The notes beneath the pieces are model-generated. The model saw only the letters and a list, made by a program, of their open reading frames with translations, did no database searches and had not been told where the DNA came from. Both the position numbers and the translations under genes were made by a program. Positions 62,908 through 64,000 of a stretch of 64,000 bases of DNA are shown one piece after another. Source of the DNA: Octopus sinensis (taxonomy: Eukaryota); NCBI RefSeq assembly GCF_006345805.1, contig NC_043017.1:32922001-32986000 (forward strand), written 5' to 3'. Numbering within the stretch: the stretch's first letter is position 1; each line of letters starts with the position of its first letter.

Positions 62908-63292
62908 CTTTACTCTCTTTACTTGTTTCAGTCATTTGACTGCGGCCCTGCTGGAGTACTGCCTTTAGTCGAGCAAATCGACCCCGGGACTTATTCTTTG
63001 TAAGCCCAATACTTATTCTATCGGTCTCTTTTGCCGAACCGCTAAGTTACGGGGACGTAAACACACCAGCATCGGTTGTCAAGCGATGTTGGGGGGGGGA
63101 CAAGCACAGACACATACATATATATACATATATACGACAGGCTTCTTTCAGTTTCCATCTACCAAATCCACTCACAAGGCTTTGGTCGACCCGAGGCTAT
63201 AGTAGAAGACACTTGCCAAGGTGCCACGCAGTGGGACTGAACCCGGAACCTTGTAGTTGGTAAGCAAGCTACTTACCACACAGCCACTCCTG
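62908..63292 (-). mobile_element. SINE family B, full length
   Basis: Matches 5063-5462. Confidence 0.9.
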
Positions 63293-63626
63293 TGCAATAA
63301 AGAAAAATGTTGTAAATTTACTTTATACACTGCAAGTTAATGACTTCCTTGTGCCTGATGAGATGTCATTTTATTTTAATTGCCATTACTAGTCTTATCA
63401 TGTAAAATACAATTACTACTATAGGTGAAAATTAATATGATAATTATGTTATCTACCGCCTGCTGAAAACCAATGCCCCAATCAACATGCCGAATACCCC
63501 CTTCAGGGCAGTACCACCTATATTGAGAACCAATGGTGCAAATGATCAAATCAATTCAGTTCTTATTTTCGCTTTGGAGCCTGGTACTTTTACCGAACCA
63601 TTAAGTGCCGATAATACAAATAATAA

Positions 63627-63858
63627 GGCGGTGAGCTGGCAGAAAGGTTCGCACGCCGGGTGAAATGTATAGCTGTATTTCGTCTACCGTTACGTTCTGG
63701 GTTCAAATTCCGCCGAGGTCGAATTTGCCTTTCATCCTCTTGGGGTCGATAAATAAAGTACCATTTATGCACTGGGGTCGATGTAATCAACTTAATCCCT
63801 TTGTCTGTCCTTGTTTGTCCTCTCTGTGTTTAGCCCCTTGTGGGTAGTAAAGAAATAG
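63627..63858 (+). mobile_element. SINE family A with 15-bp TSD
   Basis: GATAATACAAATAAT on both sides of a full unit. Confidence 0.88.
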
Positions 63859-64000
63859 ATAATACAAATAATTCATCTCCAGTTGACAAGCAGTGGGAAA
63901 CAAACACACACACATATACACACATGTATTCTCACATCTGTTTGCATATATGTATGTGTATGAAGGGAAGAGTGTGTTTGTGTGTGTATTTGAATGTATA

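Overview
AT-rich, repeat-saturated eukaryotic non-coding DNA. It is most likely an Octopus (coleoid cephalopod) intron or intergenic interval; this is inferred from the SINE/RTE repeat content and the dense (TA)n/(CA)n/(GAT)n microsatellites, not from a database match. No host protein-coding gene can be supported: nearly all listed ORFs are translations of microsatellites or SINEs. Recognisable content: a decayed Penelope-like element (RT-thumb, linker and GIY-YIG region, ~110-1150); a near full-length decayed D34D mariner (9974-11251); two internally deleted DD37D maT-type elements; a non-autonomous Helitron; a solo LTR; MITEs; many RTE-LINE 3' ends; roughly 40 copies or fragments of three tRNA-derived SINE families (A, B, D, my labels); a ~4.9 kb (AGC/AGT)n tract; and a ~0.75 kb (CAT)n tract. 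The most notable signal, found by manual folding, is a set of hammerhead-ribozyme (HHR) folds in at least five unrelated Penelope-LTR-type repeats. They include a G3-C8 core covariant and two families with 49-59 nt insertions in stem II, and three of them sit in long inverted repeats. Also notable: SINE multimers joined at a fixed internal microhomology, a templated 187-bp insertion flanked by 72-bp direct repeats, and two large trinucleotide expansions at the tail of the same retroposon family. All calls were made by eye; boundaries of dispersed repeats are approximate (about +/-10 bp).
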